Assembly (NCBI GenBank): GCA_030390025.1
Contig: CM059432.1
Span: 68,388,001-68,452,000, forward strand
DNA from: Squalus acanthias
Lineage: Eukaryota
DNA length: 64,000 nucleotides
Reading direction: 5' to 3'
Below are positions 1 through 11,266 of the stretch, one piece after another (position 1 is the stretch's first letter; every line of letters starts with the position of its first letter). A program made the position numbers and the translations under genes. The notes under the pieces are model-generated. The model did no database searches and was not told where the DNA came from. It was given only the letters and a program-made list of their open reading frames with translations.

Positions 1-2109
1 GTCCGGCAAGAGAACTTGACGGATACCTTTCCGTATTTAGACAATATCACTATTGCCGGCCATGATCAAAAGGAGCATGACGCCAATCTTCAGAGATTTT
101 TTGACGTACTCCGCTGTCGCCACTTAACGTTAAACAAATCCAAATCGGTGAAGTCGGTGCCATCGGTGAACATTCTTGGCTACTGGGTGGGCAACGGTGT
201 TATTAAACCGGACCCAGAGCGACTTCGTCCACTTCAGGAGCTCCCTCCCCCGACGAACCTCGGCTCTCTTCGTCGGGCACTTGGCATGTTTGCTTATTAC
301 GCAAAATGGATACCACACTTCTCCGATAAAATACAGCCCCTGCTCCATGCGAAGTCTTTTCCATTGGAAGCTATGGCTATTTCTGCCTTCAACCTCCTCA
401 AACGACAGCTGGAGAAAGCCACGCTTCGCTCCATTGACGAAAATCTTCCTTTTGTGGTCGAATGCGATGCATCGGAGGTGGCGATCGCCGCTACCTTGAA
501 TCAAGGTGGCCGACCCGTGGCATTCCTATCCAGAACCTTGCAGGGTAGCGAGCTCCATTACCCCCCCGTCGAGAAGGAGGCTACGGCCATCATCGAGGCT
601 GTACGCCAATGGGGTCATTTTCTTGCTCGGCGTCATTTTACGCTTATAACTGACCAGCGCTCTGTGGCCTTCATGTTGGATAACCGGAGGCGCACGAAAA
701 TCAAAAATAATAAAATTCAACTCTGGAGGAGTTGGCTGGCTGCCTTTGGATATACTATCTGTTACCGACCCGGCAAACAGAACGTGGCCCCAGATACCTT
801 CACACGGGCATTTTGCTCCTCAATGTCAACGTCGACTCTGGCGGATTTGCATATGGACTTATGCCATCCTGGTGTGACCCGCATGTTGCACTTTGTGCGC
901 TCCAAAAATCTACCATTTTCAACCGAGGACGTAAAGAAAACATGCTCCTCCTGTAGGATTTGTGCAGAATTGAAACCACAATTCTTTCGCCCATCAGATG
1001 GCTTACTCATACATGCAATGCAGCCTATGCAGAGGCTCAGCATAGACTTTAAAGGGCCATTGCCTTCGTCGACAAGGAACACCTACCTACTTACGATAGT
1101 GGACGAGTATTCACGCTTTCCCTTCGCCTTCCCCTGCCCTAATATGCTTACCTCTACGGTAATTAAATGCCTCGATCAGGTCTTTTCCCTTTGCGGGACG
1201 GCCAATTTTATCCACACTGATCGGGGTCGCTCCTTTACGTCGAGTGAACTTAAAAGTTATCTCTCCCAACGGGGAATCGCCTCCAGTAGGACGACACCAT
1301 ATCACCCAATCGGTAACGGACAGGTTGAACGATACAATGCCATCATCTGGAACGCTGTCCGTCTGGCACTAAGGTCACGCAACCTGCCGGACCAGCAGTG
1401 GGAAACGGTGCTCCCCGACGCGTTACACTCTATCAGGTCTCTTCTCTCCACATCTACTAATGTCACGCCTCATGAGCGATTCTTCAAATTCCGGCGTCGC
1501 TCTACACATGGGACGTCTCTACCGTCATGGTTGGTGGCTCCAGGCCCGGTGCTACTCCGGAGGTTCGTCCGGTCTGCCAAAAACGACCCTCTCGTTGACG
1601 AGGTGGAGTTAACGGAGGTAAACCCCACGTATGCGCACGTACGGTACCCTGATGGCCGGGAGACCACCGTCTCGCTCCGAGATCTGGCTCCCTGCCCAAC
1701 CGGTCACACGGGCCCGAATGATGAAGGATCCCCCGACAATGATATCAACACTCCGCACCCCTATGAAAATGACGCCCCGCCTGGGACATCTGGGGATCTG
1801 CCGGCAACGCTACCGGATCAACTCAGGGAGCTGGACGCTCCCTGTAGGATGGCCACCCGAAACCAGGACGCCGGACAATCTCCAGCCACGACCCGGGATG
1901 AGGCCAGCTCAGCACCTGTGGGGACCCGCACCCGGAGTCATGATATTCCCAGTCCTCCACAGGATGATCAAGATGACGCGGACTCTACTGACTTACCGGT
2001 ACGGGCCAAGCGACCCAGGGACCAGGACACGGTCCGGGGAGACGTGCCTTCCAGTCACAAGCAGAGAGCTAAACGTCTGCGGCTATTTCTGGTCCGCCTA
2101 GTCCGTTAA
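1..2109 (+). CDS. Ty3/Gypsy pol (RT C-terminal part, RNase H, integrase), 5'-partial
   Basis: Frame is open from base 1 to TAA at 2107-2109. RT motif FPYLDNITIAG, RNase H ECDAS...EKEATAII...TDQRS, integrase zinc finger H-x3-CH-PG...CxxC, and catalytic core IDFKGP...HTDRG...GNGQVER. The domain order RT-RH-IN is Gypsy type. Confidence 0.95.
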   Translation, partial: VRQENLTDTFPYLDNITIAGHDQKEHDANLQRFFDVLRCRHLTLNKSKSVKSVPSVNILGYWVGNGVIKPDPERLRPLQELPPPTNLGSLRRALGMFAYYAKWIPHFSDKIQPLLHAKSFPLEAMAISAFNLLKRQLEKATLRSIDENLPFVVECDASEVAIAATLNQGGRPVAFLSRTLQGSELHYPPVEKEATAIIEAVRQWGHFLARRHFTLITDQRSVAFMLDNRRRTKIKNNKIQLWRSWLAAFGYTICYRPGKQNVAPDTFTRAFCSSMSTSTLADLHMDLCHPGVTRMLHFVRSKNLPFSTEDVKKTCSSCRICAELKPQFFRPSDGLLIHAMQPMQRLSIDFKGPLPSSTRNTYLLTIVDEYSRFPFAFPCPNMLTSTVIKCLDQVFSLCGTANFIHTDRGRSFTSSELKSYLSQRGIASSRTTPYHPIGNGQVERYNAIIWNAVRLALRSRNLPDQQWETVLPDALHSIRSLLSTSTNVTPHERFFKFRRRSTHGTSLPSWLVAPGPVLLRRFVRSAKNDPLVDEVELTEVNPTYAHVRYPDGRETTVSLRDLAPCPTGHTGPNDEGSPDNDINTPHPYENDAPPGTSGDLPATLPDQLRELDAPCRMATRNQDAGQSPATTRDEASSAPVGTRTRSHDIPSPPQDDQDDADSTDLPVRAKRPRDQDTVRGDVPSSHKQRAKRLRLFLVRLVR

Positions 2110-2135
2110 AGGAAGACTGGACTGCCAAACCTTTT

Positions 2136-2147
2136 AGGGAGGAAGAA
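2136..2147 (+). other. Polypurine tract of the Gypsy element
   Basis: AGGGAGGAAGAA lies immediately before the TG that starts the LTR. Confidence 0.85.
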
Positions 2148-2362
2148 TGTCATAAATCGCAAGTAACAACTCAGGAAGTACTACTGGGCGGCCAGCTGGG
2201 GCGCCGTCCAGGGAGTATAAATACTCAGGCATGGGCCCACCTTGGGCAGAGACAATCTGGAAACAGGAAGCTAGTGACTGCTAACTAGACCTCCATGTTT
2301 TGTTACAAGTTGATTAAAGCCTTGCTTTATGTTCAAGTGCGTAGTGAGTCTTTATTACGTCA
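2148..2362 (+). mobile_element. 3' LTR (215 bp) of the Gypsy element
   Basis: TGTCA...CGTCA ends, TATAAA box at ~2216 and ATTAAA at ~2313. Follows the PPT and aligns end to end with the solo LTR at 35623-35840. Confidence 0.9.
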
Positions 2363-4310
2363 GAGAGTATTCCATCACACTCCTTACTTGTGCCTTGTAG
2401 ATTGTAGAAAGGCTTTGGGGAGTCAGGAGGTGAGACACTCGCCGCAGAATACCTGGCCTCTGACCTGCTCTTGTTGCCTCAGTATTTATGTGGCTGGTCC
2501 AGTTAAGCTTCTGGTCAATTGTGACCCCCAGGATGTTGATAGTGGGGGATTCGGCAATGGTAATGCCACTGAATGTCAAGGGGCAGTGGTTAGACTCTCG
2601 CTTGTTGGAGATAGTCATTGCCTGGCACTTCTGTGGTGCAAATATTACCTGCCACTTATCAGCCCAAGCCTGAACGTCGTCCAGGTCTTGTTGCATGCGG
2701 GCACGGACTGTTTCATTATCTGAGGGGATGTGAATGGCACTGAACACTGTGCAGTAATCAGTGAACATCCCCATTTCTGACCTTATGTTGGAGGGAAGGT
2801 CATTGATGAAGCAGCTGAAGATGGTTGGGCCTAGGACACTGCTCTGAGGAACTCCTGCAGCGATGTCCTGGGGCTGTGATGATTAACCGTCAATCACCAC
2901 AACCATCTTCCTTTGTGCTAGGTATGACTCCAGCCAGTGAAGCGTTTTCCCCCTGATTCCCATTGACTTCAGTTTTACTAGGGCTCCTTCATGCCACACT
3001 CGTTCAAATGCTGCCTTGATGTCAGTCACTCTCACCTCACCTCTGGAATTCAGCTCTTTTGTTTGGACCAAGGCTGTAATGAGGTCGGAGGCAAGTGGTC
3101 TTGGCGGAACCCAAACTGGGCATCAGTGAGCAGGTTAGTGGTAAGTGCTGCTTGATAGCACTGTCGATGACACCTTCCATCACTTTGCTGATGATTGAGA
3201 GTAGACTGATGGGGCGGTAACTGGCCGGATTGGATTTGTCCTGCTTTTTGTGGACAGGACATACCTGGGCAGTTTTTCACATTGTCGGATGGATGCCAGT
3301 GTTGTAGCTGTACTGGAACAGCTTGGCTAGAGGCATGGCTAGTTGTGGAGCACAAGTCCTCAGCACGATAGCCGGGATGTTGTCAGGGCCCATAGCCTTT
3401 GCTGTATCCAGTGCGCTGAGCCGTTTCTTGATATCACGTGGAGTGAATCGAATTGGCTGAAGACTGGCTTCTGTGATGGTGGGACCTCAGGAGGAGGCCG
3501 ATATGGATCATCCACTCGGCACTTCTGTCTGAAGATGGTTGCAAATGCTTCAGCCTTGTATTTTGCACTCACGTGCTGGGCTCCACCATCATTGTGTATG
3601 GGGATATTCATGGAGCCTCCTCCTCCCGTTCGTTGTTTAATGGTCCACCACCATTCACGACTGGATGTGGCAGGACTGCAGAGCTTTGATCTGATCCGTT
3701 GATTGTGGGATCGCTTAGCATTGTCTATAGCATGCTGCTTCCGCTGTTTAGCATGCATTTAGTCCTGTGTTGCAGCTTCCCCAGGTTGGCACCTCATTTT
3801 TAGGTATGCCTGGTGCTACTCCTGGCATGCTCTTCTACACTCCTTATTGAATCAGGGTTGGTCCCCTGGCTCGATGGTAATGATAGTGAGGGATATGCCA
3901 GGCCATGAGGTTACAGATTGTGGTGGAATACAATTCTGCTGCTGCTGATGGCCCACAGCGCCTCATGGATTCCCAGTTTTGAGCTGCTAGATCTGTTCTG
4001 AATCTATCCCATTTAGCACAGTGGTAGTGCCACACAACACGATGGAGGGTGTCCTCAGTGTGAAGACTTGACTTCGTCTCCACAAGAACTGTGCGGTGGT
4101 CACTGCTACCAATACTGTCATGGACAGATGCATCTGCAACAGGTAGATTGGTGAGGACGAGGTCAAGTAGGTTTTTCCCTCGTGTTGGTTCTCTCACCAC
4201 CTGTCGCAGGCCCAGACTGGCAGCTATGTCCTTCAGGACTCGGCCAGCTCGGTCAGTAGTGGTGCTACTGAGCCACTCTTGGTGATGGACATTGAAGTCC
4301 CCCACCCAGA
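2363..4310 (-). mobile_element. Degenerate CR1/L2-group LINE ORF2 (APE endonuclease + RT), interrupted by the Gypsy insertion
   Basis: Frameshifted pieces GDFNVHHQEWL...LDLVLTN...SDH (endonuclease), DIKAAFERVWHEG and ILGVTIDQKLNW...IYKAQVRSVMEYS (RT). The sequence stops at the LTR end. Confidence 0.88.
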
Positions 4311-5283
4311 GTTTGCCATGGCATCAGCGACGGCCATTTCAATAATGGCCAACACCATCTCCTCCAGGGGGGTTAGGACATGCAGGCGCACCTTTCCCCT
4401 GCTGGTTAGCTCCTGCTGTCTCCAGTTGTGCGCCACCTTGTCCTGCAAGAGAGAGGGAAGTGTGTCAGTGAGTGTCGTGCAATCTGTTTGAGTGATGTGG
4501 CTGTCATGGATGAAGAGCTGGCAGTGTGTGCAAGCTGTGAGATGTGGGTGTGAGGCTTGCAGCAGTGCTAAGTGTGTGAGGGTGAGGTGAAGCTATGAAT
4601 GTGAGGTATGAGTCCTGATTGATAGAGATTGTTGGTAGGTGGATGATGGGGGTATGGTGCATTGAGCAGTGGCTGAGGCTAGTGGTGCAGTTGTTAGGAT
4701 ATGGAATTTTAAGATGCATTCACTGACCTCAACCACTCATGTGAGGTCATTGAACTTTGTGCGGCACTGCATCCAGGTTCTCGGAGCTTGACTTCTGGCA
4801 TTGAGCTCCAGTTATCTGCTCCCACTTCTTTCTAAGTGTATATCTGGAGGGCCTCCTGGCCCCCTGCAGATACAGGAAATCTCTTCTCCTTCCACCTCCT
4901 CCACCAAGGCCTCCAGTGCAGTATCTGGAGACCTTGGAGCCTGCTCTCCACCATGTTGTGCCATTCTTCAGTTTCCCAGGTCGAATTCACTTCCTGAACA
5001 TCTTCCAGCACCTGCTCCAGCCACAATGCACCTCCCTTTAAGAGGCTAGCTTTAAGCAGCGCAGGCTAGCTTTAACTGGTGCTAGCAAGTAATGATTTTG
5101 GGCCCCACTTCTGATGCGTGCAGCTAATCAACAGCGTGGTTAGCGCTGGCTGCACGCTGAAATCATTGAAATAAGCAGGCCGCACAAAGTTAGCATCCTG
5201 CCTGCATCACATTGTATGGGCACGGGTTAATCGCACATCGTGATCCATGCGCCCGTTTTCAGGAGCTATCGAATTTAGCCCCC
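4311..5283 (-). mobile_element. Harbinger fragment with Myb/SANT-like gene remnants and terminal TIR
   Basis: Exon remnants similar to 11267-11887 (QCRTKFNDLT; KVAHNWRQQELT...LTPLEEMVLAII). TIR-like GAATTTAGCCC at ~5271-5283. Confidence 0.75.
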
Positions 5284-6109
5284 CTCGTCTCATGGTGTTG
5301 AGCTGGAGTGTAAGAGAGAGAGTGACTAAGGAGAGAAGGAAAAGGTTGGCAGTAGCCTTCAGTTTGGGGTGAACTCCAGTTTTCCACTTCCCCCATTTCC
5401 TCTGTGTTCGCAATTTCAATTACATCCAGAGTGGTCTCTTCGAAGGCTGACTGAAACTTGAGGACGCTTCTCTCATCTGCCTTTGCTCCCTCCTGTGATA
5501 AGCCAATTTGTGCTGCAAGGAGGGAAGTACTGTTGAAATTTTGACGTCTCAAATACACCAAAACCCAAGAGCTCACCTTGCATTCCTTCATGTGTGAGTA
5601 AATAAACGTGCTTCAGATTTTGTTGGAAGAATTGTTCAGGGAACACCTTTAAAGGTGTCCATATTGAAAAGATGATTTCTAGTTGTAATTTGCAGGTGGA
5701 AAGTACTGCACTGAAGAGTCACACTAAGAGCTGTTAAATGAATGCAGTAGTTGGCAAGTACAAAACAGTGTTCAGTTGCTCTTACAATAGCAATAGTTGG
5801 AAATAGAAGCAGGAAATGCAAAAATAATGCAGAGGTATTCTGTATAAAAAAAATTGTTAGTATTCTACAAAAATGCTGCCATGGTTATTTGATATATAGA
5901 TAATTATTTTTATTGTGTGCTCAAGCTTCTGGATTGGACTTGAACCCATAATCTTCTGACGCAGAGGCAATAGTACTACCCACTGAGCCAAGACTGACAT
6001 TTAAAACATTATGAGCATTAAGACTGATGTTCTGCAGCCTTTTGTAAAAATTTTGTATATTGCATACGGGGATACAATCAGCCTGATGCATCCTTGGCCA
6101 ACTTTATCA

Positions 6110-6590
6110 CAACAACAAGTTGCATTTATACAGTGCCTTTTAACTTAGAAAAATATTGCAAGGGGCTTCACAGATGTATGAGAGAACGGACAGCAATCTA
6201 AAGGAAGAAATATTGGTGGGAGGGGCAACCAAACACTTGGTAAAAAATTGATTTTAAGGGGTTTCTTAAAGTTGGAGATGGAGGTCAAAAGGAGGCAGGA
6301 TTTTACGGTTGAAATTATAGAATGTGGGACCTAGGTGGCTGAAGACACAGTCACCAATGATGGGGTGAAGGGAGAGACAGGGCGGGGTGGGGAGGGGGGA
6401 GGCAGTGCACAAGAGGCTGGAGTCAAAGAGTGGAAAATTCAGGGGAGTTGTAGGCATGGAGGAGATTATAGAAATAGGAAGGGATGAAGCTCTGGAAAGA
6501 TTTAAAGAAAAGGACAAGAATGTTAAATTTGAAGTGTTGGGTAATTTACAACTGATGTAGGTTAACGAGAATGGTGATAATGGAATGCTC
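6110..6590 (-). mobile_element. L2-like LINE 3' fragment
   Basis: Reverse complement resembles the L2 3' end at 61722-62428, including the TATAAATGCAACTTGTTGTTG tail. Confidence 0.6.
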
Positions 6591-7891
6591 TATGTTGTTT
6601 CTTTCTCTCTTATTCCCACTGCACTTCTCCTTCTTCTTGGAAATCCCTAAGAAAAATTCACCCTCTTACTCGTTCAAATACTACCCTGTTGTCCTTTCCA
6701 TTTGTGCTTTCTAAAGTTATGGAAGCTGCTCTTTCACCTCTAATTTGCAACATTTCCTCCATCACAATCTTTCTTCTCTGTTCATTTTATCAACATTACC
6801 ATAGTTGTGCTCCTCTGAAATTTCCTCTATCGACCCTCTAAATGCATTATTTTACATGCTCTTCTTCCTCTCCACATCACCAGTGTGATGAAATCAAGAC
6901 CCATCACAGTCTTCTACTCTAATTCTATCAATACTGTGGAACTCCTCATTTCCCCCAATCTTTCCTTCCTCCCACAGTCTTTAGTCTATTAAAACCCAAG
7001 TGTGGCATCACCTAATCACGACTTCCTGATTTGTCTCATCTCTTTTGCTCTTTTCAAATTTAGTAATGTCCTAAACTATGAACCTTGATTTCTCAAAATT
7101 AAAAAAAATTGTGTGCCTGAAATGGACAACTTTTTGGTCTCTGCCATTGACATTCCTCACCTCGATATGCACAATATAGGACCAATTTTCTGACCCTTGC
7201 CCCCAGGAAATGCAAAGTCCCCACATGTGAAGATCAGGAAAAAGAGGCGGCTATCTTTTTTGCCAGGTCTCCGCCTGTTCTACGTTGCCCTGGGATTTCT
7301 GCAGTTTTCCCAGGAGCAATCAGCTTTGCCTGCCATTGGGTTCTGATTTTGGAGGCCTGACACACAGCTACAGACCTCACTTGTCCCTTCCACCAGTGGT
7401 AGACTCTTCCAGGGGGTGGGTCTGCAAAGGGGATGCCTCTGGGCCATGTAAATGACCTGGAACATGAAATCCAGGTGATCTGGGCCTGGACAGGAGCAGT
7501 GCACTTCAGGTGAATCTATCCTTTTAAATTTCATTAAAACTTTCTCACAAATTTCAAAATTTTAATTCCAAACTTTTGTGATTTTTTAATTCTTTTCTCA
7601 AACCTTGGAGTAAACATGGCAGGTAATCATTACAATGTGCCTTTCCCAGTGCTAACAAATGTGAAAAACAATGCTAACAATTGTGTGACAAGTCCTAGAT
7701 GTGTTTCGGGTTGTTTTTGTGCTATGTTTGGATTGTGTTTGAAATCAGCCTGTGTGGGTTCACCAGATGAACAAATTATTCTTCAGTTACAGCTGTGACT
7801 GATTTGAATTTCAGATTTCCTCTTCAGATTCCCTGGTGTTCAGCAAAGACACACTTTGGAAATATATACCAGAACGTTAACTGAGATAATG

Positions 7892-8635
7892 GCCCAAAAT
7901 TTGCTGTCAAAATAACGGAGAGGCTAATAGCGCTTGCAGTTATTTAAGTGTAAATGCCACAGCAACTTCAGGCGAGGGACAGATGTGCGATTAAACATGG
8001 ACATCGAAAAGTTGCTGTTGGCGATGCGCTGCTCCACCGTTAGCTTTGTGAAAACGGCATCTCGCTGTCTGACTCCCAATTCAATGGCATTGAGTGTTGT
8101 GAAGTTCCTGTTTTTGCACGGTACATACAAGTAAATTTGCCACAGAAAGTTGAGTCAAGTAATTTCAAGTCTAAGTACCCTTTTACTGATGTGATAAATG
8201 TTAATCTCCCTGCCATTGAAAATGAACTATTACAAGTGTGGAGTCTCATTCCTTCAGGTATTAATTGTTGGAGATTTAAGAAAAATATATTTTTTATTTT
8301 TACTTTTCCTTTCTGTCTCTTTCCTCTCTCTTTTAATCCAATCTTTCTTTTGCTCTCTTTATTTCTCTTTCACATTGAATTCACTATTCTAAATTACAAT
8401 TCCTTCTCAGACCTTGCGCTGTCAATTTCACAATCCTTCAATCTGATTGGTTAAGGACATACACAGTTACTTGCCCTGTTCACTCAGGTCTCAGATGCCT
8501 TGTAGACAGCGGTGCATGTTTCCATCTCGTACTTCCAGCAACTTGCAGCACAAAATATCATGGAGATTAAACGGGCACGGGTAAGTCTAATTAATGGCGG
8601 GTGCCATTCATTGACGGGTTACAGAAAATTCTTGT
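7892..8635. mobile_element. Non-autonomous Harbinger-type element (MITE), degenerate
   Basis: Begins with GGCCCAAAATTTGC, like other TIRs in the window. Degenerate AAAATTC end near 8630. No coding capacity. Confidence 0.45.
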
Positions 8636-8789
8636 TCATTCTGTCCAAGTTTTGTGCTTTCATTTTCTTAACAAATTAATTAATTTATGTTTTTAATTTA
8701 AAGTACAGGAAACACTTAATTTTTCTTAAACCTTTGAAAATATTGTTTCAAATTATACTTTTTTTCCCCGAATGTCTTCCTTTTTCTCC

Positions 8790-9190
8790 TAAAGATGGTT
8801 GAGTCATGTGATGTGTGGCTCCACTGTGCCAGCAGCCCTCTGGTGTCTCACCCAAGTAGCCATATTTCATATCTGAAAGTAGACAGTGAGGTCAGGAGGC
8901 TATTTTCCCATGGGCGTGAACATTAGGACTCAACCCAATTTTGGTTTTATGAGACATTCATTTGGTAACACTTCCAGCGCAGCTAATAGAAGAGTGATCG
9001 GCAGCAATCCTTGTTGAGTTCCCCCCTTTCTTCCCCAGAAACACTGTAGTCAACTGAAGTTCGCTAACTGCTCTCCCAGTTGAGATCAACTAACTCAGCA
9101 AAAACTGATGATCAAACCTGGGGCCTTCCAGTTGGTATGGCTCAGTAGCACATTATACAGTACATTCACCCAATAAGCCATTGGGCAAGC
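8790..9190 (-). mobile_element. Old tRNA-derived SINE-like element
   Basis: Minus strand has a B-box-like CCAGGTTTGATC followed by TGCTGAGTTAGTTGATCTCA. Family not identified. Confidence 0.4.
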
Positions 9191-9322
9191 CTTAGGATAT
9201 TTATTGCATGAAATCGTCACCTGGGGATTCTAGGCTACAAATAGATCCCAGCAAGTTATGGGATTCAAGTCATAATTATTTAAAGAGTTCAAACATTTGC
9301 AATAAACGCAGAAAAAGTTATC

Positions 9323-10281
9323 AGGGGAGAAATTGGAGGCTCTAGCGCTGGCCGCCACCGCCATGAAATGGCAAAAAAAGGGCGGCCGGCACTCTTCTGT
9401 CAGCTGGTGGCGGATCCATCGGCGCGGGCAATTTTGGCGCTGCCAGTAAACACTAGCAGCAGAGAGATTTAAATGAAAGAGATCATGACATCAGTGAGTG
9501 TGCAATGCTCCCTTGACGCCCGATCTCCATTACATTTAGCCACTTAGCGCAGAACGACGACAGGGAGCGCTGTCGTCTACCAGGAAGCAGGCTGCAGCAG
9601 CGATATTTACCAGCACCATCCCAGTCAGTTGCACCTGGCATGGTTCAGCAGTTTCAGTGGCTGTTTGCTTCTTCCTGCAACTGAAACAGCTTTCTTTAGT
9701 TATTTCAAGGTTTTTTGGTAACTGGGAGTGTTGATTCAAGTGCAGAAGTCCCTCATTATTTTTTAAAGGCTTCTGCTCACAACACTTGCTCACAGTCATG
9801 AGGGCTCTACTGGCAGTCGACCTCGCGCTCCAGGATCTATGGCAGAGGCAGCGAGGAAGATGGGAATCTGCGTGCAGAGGCAGGAGGAAGAGGGCCATGA
9901 GGGCTCTCAACAGGAGGCCTTAACCACCTAGGGTCTTCCGACAGCACATCTCCTACCTTCAATTAAACGAGGAGCAGTGTCTTAGGAGGCTATGCTTCAG
10001 CAGGGAGGTGGTCACAGAACTCTGCCACCTCCTGCAACCAGACCTGCAGCCTGAGAGCAGGGCGAACACGGCTCTCCCAGTAGCAGTCAATGTCACCGTG
10101 GCATACCACATCCCCATCATACCATCCCTGTGTCACGGAATATCACAGCGCCCTCCTGGGAACAAAGCTGAAATGAGACACACCACAAAAGATTCCAATC
10201 ACAATTATTAAATTTATCAATAATCACAAGACACATATTTAAAATTATACTATTAACTAATCACCCTGGTGCAATCCCTTA
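9323..10281 (+). mobile_element. Harbinger transposase-side half (left TIR, transposase N-terminus, internal deletion, 3' UTR)
   Basis: Colinear with 50687-51500 and then 52380-52557. Remnant RRP*PPRVFRQHISYLQLNEEQCLRRLCFSREVVTELCHLLQPDL...ALPVAVNVTVA. Confidence 0.85.
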
Positions 10282-10351
10282 GGGCTAGAAATTCATTTTA
10301 GCCAAGAAATGGGCAGTGTTTAGACTAAATAACGTTAAGCTGCACTACCTT

Positions 10352-10983
10352 TAGGATACTTGCCTTCATTAGCCAAGGCATAGAATATAAGAGCAGGGAG
10401 GTTATGATGGAGCTATACAAAACGCTAGTTAGGCCACAGCTGGAATACTGTGTGCAGTTCTGGTCGCCACACTATAGGAAGGATGTGATTGCATTAGAGA
10501 GGGTGTAGAGGAGATTCACCAGGATGTTACCTGGGCTGGAGCGTTTCAGCTATGAAGAGAGACTGGACAGGCTGGGGTTGTTTTCCTTAGAGCAGAGAAG
10601 GCTGAGGGGGACCTGATTGAGGTGTACAAAATTATGAGGGGCATAGATAGGGTAGATAGAAAGGAACTTTTCCCCTTAGTAGAGGGGTCAATAACCAAGG
10701 GGCATAGTTTCAAGGTAAGGGGCAGGAGGTTTAGAGGGGTTTGAGGAAAAACTTTTTCACCCAGAGGGTGGTTGGAATCTGGAACTCACTGCCTGAAAGG
10801 GTGGTAGAGTCAGGAACCCTCTCAATATTCAAGAAGCATTTAGATGAGCACTTGAAACGCCATATCATACAAGGCTACGGACCAAGTGCTGGAAAATGGG
10901 ATTAGAATAGATAGGGCTTGATGGCTGGCGCAGACACGATGGGCCGAAGGGCCTCTTTCTGTGCTGTATAACTCTATGACTCT
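10352..10983 (+). mobile_element. 5'-truncated CR1 LINE nested in the Harbinger
   Basis: LVRPQLEYCVQFWSPHYRKD... CR1 C-terminus, the CR1 3' UTR (GGGCCGAAGGGCCT) and a CTCTATGACTCTA tail. Confidence 0.9.
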
Positions 10984-11266
10984 ACCTGAAGATGGTCTAG
11001 GTACATGCAAAATTCGTGCTCACTCCTCATTAACATGATTTTAGTCATGATTTTAAGAGTCTTAAAACTCAAGCTCATTGGCGTTACACTGAATGGCTGG
11101 ACCAATATCAGAGGCAGTCTAATTACAATTCATGATTGTCACAGGCTTTTTCCGCTACTTAAAGGGAAGGTTCATTGATGCTGCAGCACCTCATTCTCAG
11201 GATTGTTGGGTGTAGAGCTGCCCCAACAGCAAACCAAACACTAGTTAGAAGACATCCATAGGAACC

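Noticed and set aside
130..2101. Alternative-frame and antisense ORFs within Gypsy pol
   Set aside because: Expected shadows of a GC-rich coding region, with no independent evidence.
5577..5710. Minus-strand exon candidate ending AAG|GTGAGC
   Set aside because: The best-looking acceptor gives stops in all frames. Only weaker acceptors give an open, unrecognised peptide.
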